This document shows positions 39,873-53,800 of a stretch of DNA of 64,000 bases, piece by piece (within the stretch, counting starts at the first letter, position 1; every line of letters begins with the position of its first letter). The translations under genes and the position numbers were made by a program. The stretch spans positions 11,532,001 to 11,596,000 of the forward strand of contig OZ316776.1 in NCBI GenBank assembly GCA_973851085.1. The letters run 5' to 3'. The notes under the pieces were generated by a model. The model ran no database searches. It was not told where the DNA came from and worked only from the letters and a program-made list of their open reading frames with translations. This stretch comes from Ptychomitrium polyphyllum (Eukaryota).

Positions 39873-42800
39873 AAAGGTCCTCAAAGGTATTAAAAGTATC
39901 TAGAAGCTATTAGAAAGTTTTAGAGGTTGTTGAAAGGTTATGTTGTGTAATATATGGGTATGACAAATAAACATTATGCTTGCTTTAATTGTAATTGTAA
40001 TTGTCATTGGTGGATTTAATTTCATGGTAATATTTTCAAGTTGGCCAATATATTGAATTTTCACAATAAATGAAGAAGATACCATTCCATAGGACATTAT
40101 AACCATAGATCTAACTACCGGCAATATATATGCTAGTCTTTGAATTACACTGAATTACATTTTATACCTAATAATTTTAAATTATTAAAGCAATTTCATA
40201 TTTCATATCTTTATTTTTCTTTAAATTACAATAACAATATGTTTTTTTCTTTTGCATTTATGATTTGGTACTTTCTATTTGCTACATAATATTATGTGTG
40301 TTGTTACACATAAATTAAAGATTGTGTTATACTTATTTCAATATGGTAGTATTATAGGTTAAATTCTTAGTATGTTATACATTTGTTAGTGTCTTTTATG
40401 GTGCATAAACAAGGTAGCCTAAATCACATTCAACTAAAATCTATTTTTTTGTTAAATGTACAAATGAAAAACATCTACTATTGAATAATAATCTTTTAAA
40501 AAATAAAATCATCTAATAGATTTTAATAGATATTGAAAGAATTGCATGCTTTTTATATTAAAAAGAATACATGATTTTAAAAAAATAAAAAATAAAAGAT
40601 TTTGATTATTATAAGTCTTTTATTTAAAAGACTTTCATTTAGATATTTTATTTATATCCTTTGAGATTTTACATTTCTTATATTATTAAGTTAAAATTGT
40701 ATTATTTAATATTGATAAATGCACAACAATGTATTTATATGCAGATGTACTATTCAATAATTTGTAAGTTTTGAAATTAGTACTTTTTCTTAGATTTTTA
40801 CATGGTATAAAAGTTATTAATTGAGCTTTAAAATAAACTTAATAATTCTTAAATAACTTCTAAAACATTATTTTACAAATAAAGTTAGGTGCAAATGGCT
40901 AATTGTTTAATATAATTATAAGTACATATAAGATAAAGAAAATAAGCAAGATTAGAATTTTCCTTCTAATAAGATGTAAAATGATTCCAACATTTTGATA
41001 AACAATCTTTATTAAATATTCTTTTACCAAAGAAAGGAATTAAATAAATAAGATAATGAATTCCTTAGCGGTGGATGTTGTAATCTTCACATTATATGCC
41101 ATATTATGAAAGTTGTTGCAATATTAAAAAAGAAAATTCTATATTATTGTTATTGTGCCATAATTATGATGTTTATAATGATGGTTGATGTTGTAAAAAT
41201 AAATATTGTTATATACAAAAAATTAATTTTAAAAACCATTATTGAATTTGCAAGAAATAAATCCAAATTACAATGCATACTAAACACATCCTTAAGTGCC
41301 TTTCCAACTAATCATAAAGCCATAATAAAAAGCTAAGATCACAATTGCATGGTGATGTTGTGATAGCCAAAGAAGTTAAAAAAAACTAAAGCATAGTGGC
41401 TACAACATTTGTAGACTAGGTGCCATGTATGTTCCATCTTAATTGCCTCCAACATTTATAGGTGACAAATTCCATTGTCATCTTTAGCACCAAGTTGATA
41501 TTTTGAACTAACAACTAATAGCCACCAAAGAAAATGATGGCCTTGCCACCAATTATGTGGCAAATTTTCACAAAATTGTTAGTTCTTACTAGTGCACAAG
41601 GTATGGCTAGAAAACTTCTTACAACAAGGGCAAGTCCAATTTCTAAAAGGCAATATAAAAAGAAATGGTGTGAAACATGCCATAGACCAATCATGTTGGC
41701 ATTAATCACATAATAATATAACATGGGCTCCTTTCTTTTTACTATATACAAAATAAAAAAGATTAACTAGCACAATTGTTAGTTTATGATGTATGGTACC
41801 ATTTATAAGAATGGCATGGAATACAATTTTTAGAATGATTCTAATATTTACGCTCAATTTTGCCTACAAGCAATAAAATATTAGTGAGCAAAAAAAATTT
41901 TATAATAAGAATTGTGCACCTTATCTTGATGTATAATGAATCAAATGCCTTACATTGCATATATACATAACCTCATTTAAATAACCTTTATAAATTGGTA
42001 CAATATGCTTTGCTACAGATATGCACATGCCGCAAAGTTCACAATGTTTAGCAATAGATTAATTCTTTGTAGCCATTAGCATAGCCTTCTTGAAGACCTT
42101 TGCTAGATCATGTTAAGCCTAAGCATTATAGTTGTTCAAATCCTTGAAACAAAAACTTGAATGGACATCATGCGTATTAGCTTGCAAATTGATGCAACAT
42201 TAGATAGGTATTTTTGTATAAATAGGCCTTTACTTCTTCTAAAAAAATCCAAAATAAAAGAATTAAATATCAAAGAAAAATTGCTATCTTTTTTCTCAAA
42301 CTAGAGTTTCTTTTTAAATAAAACATTTCATATATAAGAAGATGAAATTAAAGAGATTCCACAAATCAAAAATTACAAGAAACCTTCAAATTATGGACTA
42401 AATGAATAAAAAAAGAATTAAAATACATAAATCAAGCAATTTTCATTCTTCAAAGAGGGGATTCAAGAATATAAGTGATAAGAAAATTTCTAATTATAAT
42501 TATTAGTTTATATCAATATTCAATACAATTTTTTTTAGTACAAAAGGACTTGATTTTTTTGAATCTTTTTTCTTTAAAAAAGGTGACTCATCAAAAGCAA
42601 ATTTTTGAAACATTAAAGATTTTAAATATAACAAACCTATACAAATATATTTATAAAATATTACTCGACAGCTTTCAGCATGAGAGCTTTTTTATTTAAT
42701 TTTTTTTTGAAAAGTTGAAATTTTATTGAAATTCTAATAAAGAACTTAGCCTTCATAGAAATCCACCCTTCAAAAAGAAATGTCTGTTTGCAGCAGTGTC

Positions 42801-44645
42801 AATTTCTTCATCCATGGTTTAAGAATTTTTGGATACTTCTGACAATTGTAGAACTCGGCAATGTATAAAATATTGGTTAAAAGGCGTTGCTAATCACTCA
42901 AGTGATTGAAGTGCCAATGTTCAAGGACTTCCATGCCATCTAAGCAATCTAAGCTACAGTGACATGGACTACCACGATCTAGAGATTGGATTCACATCTT
43001 CAATCAGTATGAATATTGGTAACATGAACTTTGGGCAGGACCGTCAGGCTGACAATTAAGTTATGTGATTTAAAAAAAAAGACGCAATGAGGTTCCTTTG
43101 AGGAAGGAACCCACAGTTCTTGTTCACACGATTGGTGTCCGTCAATTCTCCCCACATTGTATCTCCAAGAATATCATTTCTGCAATGACATTGCTTACGC
43201 GTCCTGTGTCCACATTATGCTAGAATACATGGCTTCTAAACTGACCTGCGAAATGGTGTAAACCCATGTCTTACACTTCCAGCCGTCTACGCAGGGTGAC
43301 CAGGGAGCTGTTTATAACTGCAACGTCCCCTTGTACAATGTACACCTGAGTTCTGTGTCCATGTCACCAATGTAATATCTCATCTTAAACACTTCTCTGT
43401 TTTCACAACAATCTATTCTGGAGATCAGCCCTGTGTGAGGGTTTAATCAACTTTAAAACAGCTAAATCAGTAGAAAACCCATCCTCCGATAGGTATTAAC
43501 ACTAGAACGTAGAGGAAGCTGGGAATGTGAACTTTGATGAGTGATGAATATGTTATGCAATACAGCATAAGTTACTCCACGTTGCAGAGTCCAAGTGTGT
43601 ACTCCGCATTCAGGAGACCTAGTAATACCTTCTATGCCTACTCAGGTCCCACATATGCTGCGCAGAATTCTAAGGAATTCTCGAATGTGTCATAGATCAT
43701 ACTCAATCTTATGCTTGGGAATCCAAAGGACGATCACCACATAACTTTTACACTGTTATGCTGGACTTCAACGTGCACATTACAAAACCCACTCAACAAG
43801 TTCCAAGGCACCTTGGATCCCTTGTAACTTAGTAATTTAGATAAGCTCACAATATCTCAATTGCAAATGCTACCTTCCAAACAGAAGCTAAGAACAGATC
43901 GATAAAATATGAAATGAATCCATCAAATATTGCATTTCTTAGGTTACACCTGGAGAGGCGTTGCTTTAACCAAAAACTAGAAACAGAGATACAATATATA
44001 GATATGTAGTTCAAATTCAGTACAGCCTAAACCTCACAGGTCTTTTACTGTAGGCTTATTGCACCATCAAGATAGCACTTGGAGGAGAACAAGTTCATTG
44101 AGACTTTGCATAACGTTCTCATTGCTTATCTCCACAAGAAAAAATTGATCAAGACATTATATTCAGCCATCACTGATTCTCTTCCACTGCTAACGCCTGT
44201 GAAGCTCCATACTACTTACCAATAGAATGATGATTTAAATTCGTTCTTGACGAGCTCTATTTCAAATGTAAGCCGCTTAATGAAGGGGTTGTACAGCCGC
44301 CAGCTGCATCAATTGCTGACAACGTAATCACATGCTCAATACCAAATCATGAGCTTAGACTACCATTCCCAAACCAATAACTCTGATTGCCCTCCTTGTG
44401 ACGGAACAATTCTGTAAGAGTCTAGTCCTATTTCTGATACATTCTCAGCACGGCTTAAATCTCAAATGTTATTTTAACTGTTAAACATAACCGTGAATGC
44501 AATTACAAGAATGCATTTCTGTCCAAGACGAGAGAAATTATCAAACCATTACACTCGTACTTGGAAATAATTTGAAAATAAAACCGTGAATAATATAACG
44601 AGGATAGTTGACAACCCCCACAAATTAAGCTTGAGTAGGCGAAGG

Positions 44646-47600
44646 TTAGGTTGCGCCATTCCATACTATCTGCTGCCCTATGCACATTTTTCGGACAGAC
44701 CTGAGATCTTTATACTTGCTTGTTTGATCAAGCAATTTGATTTCATACACCTTTGGCCATAGTTTCCCAGTAACTGTAATCAAGTATGCCAAAACTCATC
44801 AGAAACCGCAACTAAACCTGCACTAATATCGTTTTAATGTGTCCTTCCAAAACATACAGATCACTGCTCTTTCTCAAAACTGGGAAAACAGTACCACAGC
44901 CCAATGATATATTTCTGAACTTCCATTATTAAACAAGCCCATACACAAGGTTAAGAGCCCCTAGATTGTACAGATATCGGAAAGAGGAGGTCTCAAAGTG
45001 CTCACCGAAGACCCTGTCACGCTCGCTGTCCCAAGCAATTCCATTAAGCACATCCATTCCCTGGCGATGAAGAAAATGAACCATGTGTCAGGAAAGAGCG
45101 AACATCATTTAAAGTCAACAATGAGATTAAAGAAACTTCGTGCAGGAGTAAATGAACTTTAAGGTTTTGGAAAGTAAAAATCGATGTTGTCCAAGCTTTG
45201 TGATTTATGCAGGTCAACGGGAACCAGCATCGAGTTACTAATGATTAATCAAAGGCCATGGGATGCAGCCAGTCAAATTATAGAAAACCACAGCAGCATT
45301 TTGCAAGCCATTAAAATTCATGGGTAGTGAAGAGCTCAGATGATTAACCACTTACCATCACTCCTTGAGCTAGTAGAGCACTCCTGCAGTTTTTGAGAGG
45401 ACTATAAGTAATCTTTCAATATCGAAAAGATGCACTAAACTTATCAAAGGAAAGGCGAATTCTGTCCATAGCGAATGAGCAACACCAGAGGCGTCTAGCA
45501 AGATCAGACCCCTATCAAGTGATATGAAGAACGAGGACCTAAGAAGCTTTTTCAAGTCAATCATTTTGGTGAGGCCGAATTACCTTAAACCATGCATGAG
45601 AAGCCAGCCAGTTACTTTCCCCTCTTGTGGTGATATTCTTGCAATACACTCTGTCTGCAATTCGAAAGATATAATCAAGAAGTTACCGAGAAAGCTTTAC
45701 CACATACAAAAGTAACCAAGATATGCGTTGCCTACTCATACTTGAATGAATTGCAGGGGAATACAAAAGAAAACTAGATCTAAGCTGATGACATTGTTAT
45801 GCATGAGAAATGCAAATGTGAGGCAAGTCACCAACTACTTCTAAAATATACCCTTTGCCAAGTCCCAAAAACACACAAGTATTGGCATAGTTGTCCATAG
45901 GGCTGAACTTGATATAAAATCTTTCAACGAGCCTTGCTTCCTCAAACAGTACATTGCCACGCCATTGCCACGTGCAAAGCAATTCAGCTTGGTACAACAC
46001 CTTACACGGAAAGGGCTTGAGAAATTACCTGATAGACATTTGCCCAAATTTCATCCTTTATGTATTCCAACTCATTTAAGTTCGGGACTGGCTTGCCGTT
46101 ATCTTTGACTACTACCTTCTTTATCTCTGATTGAAAATCCAACACACAAGGTGCATTTTTAGTTGAAATGCTCAACAATATGCATTTTGTTAAGAAGTTA
46201 GGGTCCAAAGACTAGATCGCCAATTCCAAACCACGTTTACCTTTGAAAGTAGAGGGATCCATGAAGTAAATGTTAGCAGTACCGTCACTACCAATTATAT
46301 GGTCCTTCCCTGATGTGAGACCCCACCCATCTTGCATGGGATGGTTGAAGCTGCCTATCTGATAGGGAAACAAATATGTGATCAGAATGTGCAGGAATAT
46401 TCGTCATATAAATAACCTACTTGAAGCATAATATTCATTTCAATCATGTGGAATATGTCATTGACAGCCTTTTGCAAGGACTTACGAAGAACATCATAAT
46501 CCTGCACACTATTGGGGTGTGAGAAAAAAATCACCAGTTTGAGGGTGTCCTTATCATAGATGTATCCTTTTTTTGATAACCAAGTCACTTGCAGCAACCT
46601 GCACAACTGGAACTTATTTATACAGATAACATCAACCTAGCCTTCGAGTGCTCATACACTAAGACATGTTGCAGGTAGTTTAAGTAAGGCGAGGATGATC
46701 ACGACATAGCGTGTATAATATCCTGAGATACAAAAGGTCAGATCGTCACCAGTAGTATCTTCACATCCACTAGCAGTAAATTATGTATCAGGCAAACTCA
46801 AAGCCAGACGCACAAAAAAAACTAAAGAGCTGGTTGCTCGGAATACTCAGTTGCACAATGCAAGGCTTCAATCTACATTTTTCAAACACACATTGCTACA
46901 TATTTTCGATATCAAATAAGACTCCAGTAGCAATTCGCCATCTTCGGTACCAAAGCTTCTAAATATTTCCACAACAAGACCATCACATCACTAGACAGCA
47001 ATGGTTCACAATTTTCTTGAACCAGCACGATAAAAAGGTCGGCATTAAACTTAAGAATTCAAAGCATAGGAGAAATGACGAATGCCCCATACCGTGAACC
47101 CCAGAGGGTCAAACCCTCGCCAAAGAGAGAGTAGTCCATCTTCCATTTTTGCAGCACCTGCTTTCACATCCACATCATTCAACGACCTTCCACTTAAGAT
47201 GAAAAATGCTGTGTTTTCAACTTAAGCATGTACTTGGCAACATTAGTGCACTAGACAAGGCAAAGTCTCAGGTACCTTTCCCGTCTTGACGTCAACTTTG
47301 CGTACAGAAGACTGCCATAAAAGACAAACTCATGTCAATTATCCAGGAACCCAAATTTGGCATGCAAACGAAATAAGAAAAAAGAAACCGCACCCACGGC
47401 ATTCGAAATCAAATTATCAATGTCATTACTACTGAAGCAACCACAGGATGCGGAAAGGAGGTTCCAATGCCCACGGTTGTAAGAAATTGATGATTATGAT
47501 GAAGGCAGTCTTACCTTCCCATTGAGACCGGTTGATTCGTAGAATGTGTCATTTCCATCGTAAAATAGCCCCTGCCACACAACCCTTACATCCTTTATAA

Positions 47601-48344
47601 GGCGAGCATTCAGGATTCCGTTCAAATATACATAATATGTACGACTGGCAATGAAGCGCATTTAGACTGACAAACTGTAGTCTTCTTCTCTACAACATCA
47701 CCAAGGGCCTATGTGTTTAGCTTCTTCTACTCCTATCGTCGTGTTCATTTGACAACTATTTTCAACGAATACAACATCCTAGTATGGTATAGGGAAAGAA
47801 AAAACTGGACGAAAAACAAGATTAAGCTCAAAAATAAGTAAATAAATAAAATCTCCTACTCTGGTATATCCCCTTCTTACGTTTACGAACCACTCAACCA
47901 GTTTATATCATCCTAATTTTGCTTCAGTAAAGAATCGATCGCATATGACATATTGCAGATATTTAAAAAGCTTCATCGCCACTCACGCTCCATCGGCATT
48001 TGCCTAGGAAAGAAGTGCTCACGAACCTGAGTGAATGCGTCCGGATCATGAGGATATTCTTTAACGATTTTATAGCCAAACACGCGAAACTCCTTATCGA
48101 CACCGTCCCACTCTCGCCCCGTGCGAAGAACCGCTCTGCTTTTCCAGGAGTATAAAAGAAGAACAAAAGCTGAAACTAACAAAACAAGCGAAACCGCGAC
48201 AGAATAACGCCAGAACGAAGCATTTCGACCCTGCACACGAATAGTACCAGACGTAAGCTTCCCCTTCGGCCTAGCCATCGCTTCGGTGGTCACAGCTTGA
48301 CGAGTCAGATTTTTCCTCCTACTATTCCGATGTTCAGCTCCCAT
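44646..48344 (-). CDS. QCT: Glutaminyl-peptide cyclotransferase (plant/bacterial beta-propeller-type glutaminyl cyclase) with N-terminal membrane anchor, ~345 aa, 11 exons
   Basis: Exons 48344-48027, 47571-47515, 47311-47276, 47157-47093, 46598-46535, 46358-46241, 46126-46029, 45654-45584, 45383-45356, 45060-45006, 44773-44646 sum to 1038 nt, in frame. Family motifs YPHDPDAFTQGL, YESTGLNG, FGEGLT, GWGLT, SDGT, LNELEY, VLNGIAWD and VTGKLWPKVYEI are all present. Confidence 0.95.
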
Positions 48345-50803
48345 AAGGAAAACTTGAACGAGAAACTATGGCCAGGTTCCTAAACTCCCTCCGATCCGCT
48401 TGCTCGTCATAACTAACCTACAAACGCTCAATCCAAGCTCTAGCGCCCTGAGCGCGCGCAATCGAACCGCGAATGCGCAGGAAATCAAAAAACAACTCCT
48501 CTTCGACAATCTCCACCTCTAAACTGAAGCGCTTCCAGTATCTCGAATTCCGCAATGCGCTCTTCTGAGCCACACCGCAAGCGCTAATGCTGGATCGTTC
48601 GCCAATCGATCCTGCTCTACGCTTCCTTGCACCAAACGACCTTCGAACATGTAGGCCACCTCAAGCTCCCTGCCGCAATCAAAAAGAGTTCACCGTTAAC
48701 CTTCCTCTCTCACAAACCCTACGCCTCTGCCCTGTCTACTCTGTTCGCAGCAGAGTACGACCATTGCAGCTCCAATGCTTGACCAAATTGCGGCACCGGA
48801 TGCGTGCTTACTAAACCTAGCAACAACTTAGCCACACAATCAGTGCCAGCGAACGATGAATTGAAGGACTGTTCTCCAAGGATGCGAATCATGCAAATTG
48901 GACCTAAATTGATGAATATGCGGAGCTTCCAGCCTACCGATGGCAAAATGTGCACTAGATGGTTGGCGCATCTAGAGTCCAGAGAGATTGAAGCTGTGCA
49001 AGCGAAGGCCTTTACTCCTTCCGCTTGATAAGAGCACCTTTCTCTACGTGAAGACCTAGAGTAATAATGAAGAACTTGTCTATACCTATACTCGTGAGTC
49101 CCCGAATGCTTTTGTATGGAGCTCAGAAAGAAAGTGAGCATCTACGACAGAAAACACAGCACGGGCTTCACCAGAAAGAGTGAATACTACGGAGAGAGAG
49201 AGCTCTCAAGTCTCAGTTACTTCGTTTGTTGTTTTCCTGCAACAATCTGCAACCTGGTACCAAAGACTAGAACGTTTTGAGAAACAATCTTCATCTATTG
49301 AACTGTGTAGCTGTGATTGATTTCCTGTGTCCTCTAGTTCATTGGCAATCGGAATGCTTTTCATATGGAACTTTTTTCATATGAAAGAGTTCCAAAGCCA
49401 GTACACTCGTGTAACTTTCTACGAAGAATACTTCTGCAGAAAGTAAACCTGAGCTGAAGCTCCCACCGTTTTCACTTTAACAATAGTTGGTTGCGTGATA
49501 GTTCACCATCTCTTGCAACCATCTGCGATCATGCAAGGGGTTCTGGATCGTGACAAACTTTTAACATTCAAGAATGTGGACGTAAATTACGGATAGCTTT
49601 GCTAAGGAAGTGTTCCGACTAGTCAAAGAATACGTTAAGACCAATCTTACAGAAGTCTGAAATAAGCTGTCATTTTGAAAATTCCTACAAGCCAACAAAG
49701 TAAACACAGAATTTCGACCAAGTTCCAGATTTTATTTATGCGAGTGAAAAATAGGAGTTGTACATACACGAAGACTTCATGAGCGCAAGGCCCCAAAAAG
49801 TCCAACACGTTCACTGCGGCTGTCATAAAGGAATATTGTGACAACTACAGACGCTAGAAGCTGTTTAGCAGTGCACGACTGCATTGCTAATAGAAGTACT
49901 CAAGCCCCGCCACTTGAAACAACTATTTGAGTTCTACGTTCCTGGTGTATATGTCATCTGAACCTAGTCAATTATCTCGAATTCGCGGCTCACTTGAGAC
50001 ATTTGGAAAATTTCGGTAGTGGCTTCGTTTGACTTCCTCGGCATTCGTCATTATTAACAAAAATAACCAAAGGACAGCCCGCTGCATCGTTGCTGCCACT
50101 AACATGTGGATGCGTGCAATTTCTACCTGTCACTGACCCTTGTATGAAAGTTAGAACAAGCTACGCTAAGTTTTTGTAAATCTATCGGGATCATAAAGGT
50201 TGTATGAAGAAGTCGATTGGCGATCCCACAGGAGATCAAGAACTAGAGGCAAAACCAACAGCTCTTGTGTTTCCACATAGCAATATCTATCAACTTCCGC
50301 CTCTCTGCATTATATCCAGCGCTTTCTCGTTTGCTGACATTGAATGTGCCAACCCATGACACAAATCTAGCCTCTTGCTCTTATCAAGGTAGACATCTCA
50401 ATTTGCAGTGAAAACGTCAGACGAAGTTGTGTCCCTGATAACTGCAAGCGATCAGGAACGCAGGCCTTTGTTTCAGTGGATAGGCAAGTACCACAAAGTT
50501 CACCCAACGAACAGCCTTCGAATGAACCCATTCGGCCCCCTCACTCCAAGAACCAGTCCCCAACTTCACACTATCCCGAAAGCCGGTCTACAACTCCAAT
50601 TTTTTTCTGAACGCGATCTTGAGTTCGCATAATAAAATTCACCCCTGCAACTCGCCGTATACACTCACCCTGGGAAGCATAGAGCAATGTACACCTACAT
50701 TTGAAAGACAACTCATGTGCGCAGCTCCAAATCCTGTCCGATTGAATGCCTTGTATCATTAAAACGGGATCGAACCTAATTAGGACTAATTCCCGCAACT
50801 AAC

Positions 50804-53800
50804 CTACACAGGAACTAATTCCGTGCAAGGCCTGGAAACAGTATAGTGAAACTCGATTTGCAGCCGCTGGTGCAGTGGAACCTTCCCAAGTAAACCTTTC
50901 TTGATATCACTCTGAAGCTCCCGTAGAGGCAGAGCAGCAAAAAATTCTTTGATAAACTGACAGCATGTAGCCTTTCCACCCTTTTGCACCTTCTCAGTCA
51001 AAACGACCAGCTCCATAGGGGTTTCACTACCTGAGGTGACAGCATCGGAAGCCGGAGGGGTAGGGTCACTATCAGCCCCAACTTTCACTAAAGCCAATGA
51101 GTCTAGAACCTCCACCGCCGCTGTTTCCGGCTGACTTGCAATCTTAGAGTCCTCAGGCTTTGGAGTTGGAGCTGGACCAAGGCTGGTCTGTTCATCGAAC
51201 TGAAGGATATAAGCCTGCTCACCACCTTCTTGCAGTCTCTCTCCTAACGTGTCCATGATGTAGCATCTGTCTTCTTCCAGTTTGAGTACAAAGAAATGGT
51301 CGTTCCAGCTTACAATATAAACAGCTGGCCCCGCTCTCTCAACCTCCTCCCAGATGCTATTAAATGACATCGCATCTTGCAGGAAGTCCAAAGACTCACT
51401 TACACCTTCGGGGACAAAGAAACCAACAAAGGATTTCTCAGGCACAACACTAAGTGGTCGTACTGCTGCTTCAATGACAGTCTCCAAATCGAAATGCTTG
51501 TCTGCAAATCGATCCTTGAACGTTTCCACTGTGCATAAATTTCTCCACTCTGCAGAACCTTCCCGAATCAGCATGTCGAATTCAGCTTTGCTAGGTACAA
51601 GAGTGGGGTGCTTGTGTAACCAGTCGGCTATAACCGCAACAAGAGCGGTACAAGCACTCTCACCAGCTGCACTTTCACTACGCTGATCAAAGGAGGCAAA
51701 GAACACCTTTGTCGAGAGCTGGGTCCGCCCATCCCTGCTAATAAGATCCTTCTCCTCCCAGGTTCCAACAGCAAAGAGCGTCTCCCCGAAGTCCAGTGCT
51801 CCAGCAACAAGTGCAATACTATCCTCACTCTTCCGACGCTGGAAAAACGTAGAAAGAGAGTGAGCAACAATACTAGGGTTCACGCCTTCACAAATAAAGT
51901 TACAGACATAAGAGATTATTTGGGAGTAGCTTGGACACGCTGATTTATTAACAAGAAATAAACAGCAATGCAAGTAAAGCGATTTTCGTACTTTCTATGT
52001 GCTAGAGATCATATTAATACCTAACCGAACATGCCATGTGAAGTACATTTCACAATGGGGCTTTCAAAAACTCCAACATTGTTTAAAAAATCTCAAGAAA
52101 TTGGACTCCCAGAAACAAAAATGAAGTAGAGACTTACTGTCAGCTCTGGAAACTCTGTAGAAGATTCTGCCTGTCGTCGATGCCAGTCAATTTCATCACC
52201 ACCTTCCTCTCCGTATGCCTTATTCAGTAACGGCTCTCCACGAGACCGAGGTGATCGGAAACTCAACTTTCTCTTTCGCCAAGAAAGCATACTCATCAAG
52301 GAGCCCTGAGACACCAACTCCCCATTCTCAGATGCCGAGACCTCCTCTGGAAGTGTATCCGCCTTTGGGATTGCCATAACAGCAGCCCGGCTGTGGATAT
52401 TATCGCGAACTTCAATTTCATCAGTTACAGCACCAGCTGCTTCATCCGCATGGTGGGGTAGCGCACCCTCCACCACAAGGTTCACACCAGTTAGTGTTCC
52501 GTAACTAACGAACTGCCCAATGTTAGGTTCTTCGACTTCTTCGCCATACTCATAATCGGAGTCATCAACCCAGTCAGAGTCAAAAAGATCCAGCGCATCC
52601 TGTACGCTTCCATCACTGCGAGGGGAGAACTTTCCACCGTCATTTGCGTCAACATCCTCGATCTGGAGGTTTTTCTTTCCCTTGAGGCCCAAAACCTGCT
52701 CCCTTGACAATTCTTTTGAGGATTTCTTCTTCTTCTCTACATCTGCATGAACCTTCCCCACATCATCGTCCTCAGGATCCCAGGCGTAAGGATCCCCACC
52801 AATACAAGCCATTGCAGGCGCCATCAGCCTGTGCACGCTCTCAAAGCCAGCCTCGTAAACTGTTCGTAGCTCTGACAAGCTGAATGTTATCTGCAATTCA
52901 CAAGCACGATATCATTGTGAGTATCAGAAAAACAAGCCACCTCTTCTATCCAAAAACCAAAGACAAACCAAATTTTTTTTACAGCTAAATACAAGACCTC
53001 AGGATTAGCTACGTACTACTGTAAGTTAAATGCAAAATTGTGCGAGGTATTTCCTTGCAACATTAAAAGTAGCTTTACAAACGGTATGGAAATGGTGAAT
53101 AAAGAATTAAGACAACAAATGATAATTGCTAGAAAACTCGTATTGTAATATAAGTAACCATGCTAAACTGAAAACAAAAGTTCATAATCATACACGAAAA
53201 TTGGCTTCAATATCACGATCTCCACTTTTACACATCACAGGTAACGTTGAAAAAAAATTGGGAGAGTTTCCAGATGAAGCAAGGGCTCCGAGGTCCAGAA
53301 CTGCAGTGCCCAACACGGAGATCTTGCCTTTGAAGCCTTCTGACAGTGTCTGCAAAATCAACACGAGTACAAGATGTCAACGCATGAACTGCAAGCTAGC
53401 TATCCAGCGTGGCATGGGAAAGAGCATGAAAAAACGTAATAAGCAAGGTCCAATTGAACCACAAAAACTTGAACTGAAAGAGCACATAATTTCCCACACT
53501 TGGAGCCAGGACTTTAGCAGACATATGAATAATTACCTTGCAGAGAACGAAATGAACATGCCATGGCTGAAAGACGCCGGCTTTGTCGTTCGTAAGCACA
53601 CACACATGTTCAAAGTCTTTATCCCACGTTATACAACCAGTACTCTCCACCGGCAAAGAGTCTGTCTTCTCCCGCTTCATACTTCGAAAACGGGAACCGA
53701 GAGCACCCTTTGGACCCTTCCATTTTAAGTCGACATAAAATTTAGACTCATCAGATACACCAGTCGAGAGGCCTTCAAGCCTGTTCAGAACCAAATTGAC

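Larger units (their letters stand above)
30828..39965 (-). mobile_element. Old, highly decayed solo LTR split by two later insertions (pieces ~30828-30891, 37551-37771, 39873-39965)
   Basis: Removing the two nested elements leaves a sequence that starts TGTTAG, follows the LTR at 39470 (…attagc…aataa.aattg.tacaaa.a.ttgaaa…) and ends …TATGACA at 39965. Flanks GATAG/AATAA are at best a weak TSD. Confidence 0.5.

Noticed and set aside
41400..42200. Cys/His clusters (WCETCHR… on +; AKHCELCGMC… on -) suggesting a gag zinc knuckle, DHHC or ADH remnant
   Set aside because: Readings conflict between strands and need frameshifts. Probably a very old TE fragment, but no call can be supported.
49367..49393. 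Near-palindrome GGAACTTTTTTCATATGAAAGAGTTCC
   Set aside because: Too short for a miRNA precursor or MITE, and expected occasionally by chance.
50766..50800. GGTTCGATCCC (minus strand), a tRNA T-loop/B-box
   Set aside because: Flanking bases do not form a T-stem or cloverleaf; it lies in the NT-C2 3'UTR right after the stop.
53126..53728. 200-aa plus-strand ORF
   Set aside because: Antisense to NT-C2 exons 1-2 and their intron, non-ATG start, no recognisable motifs.
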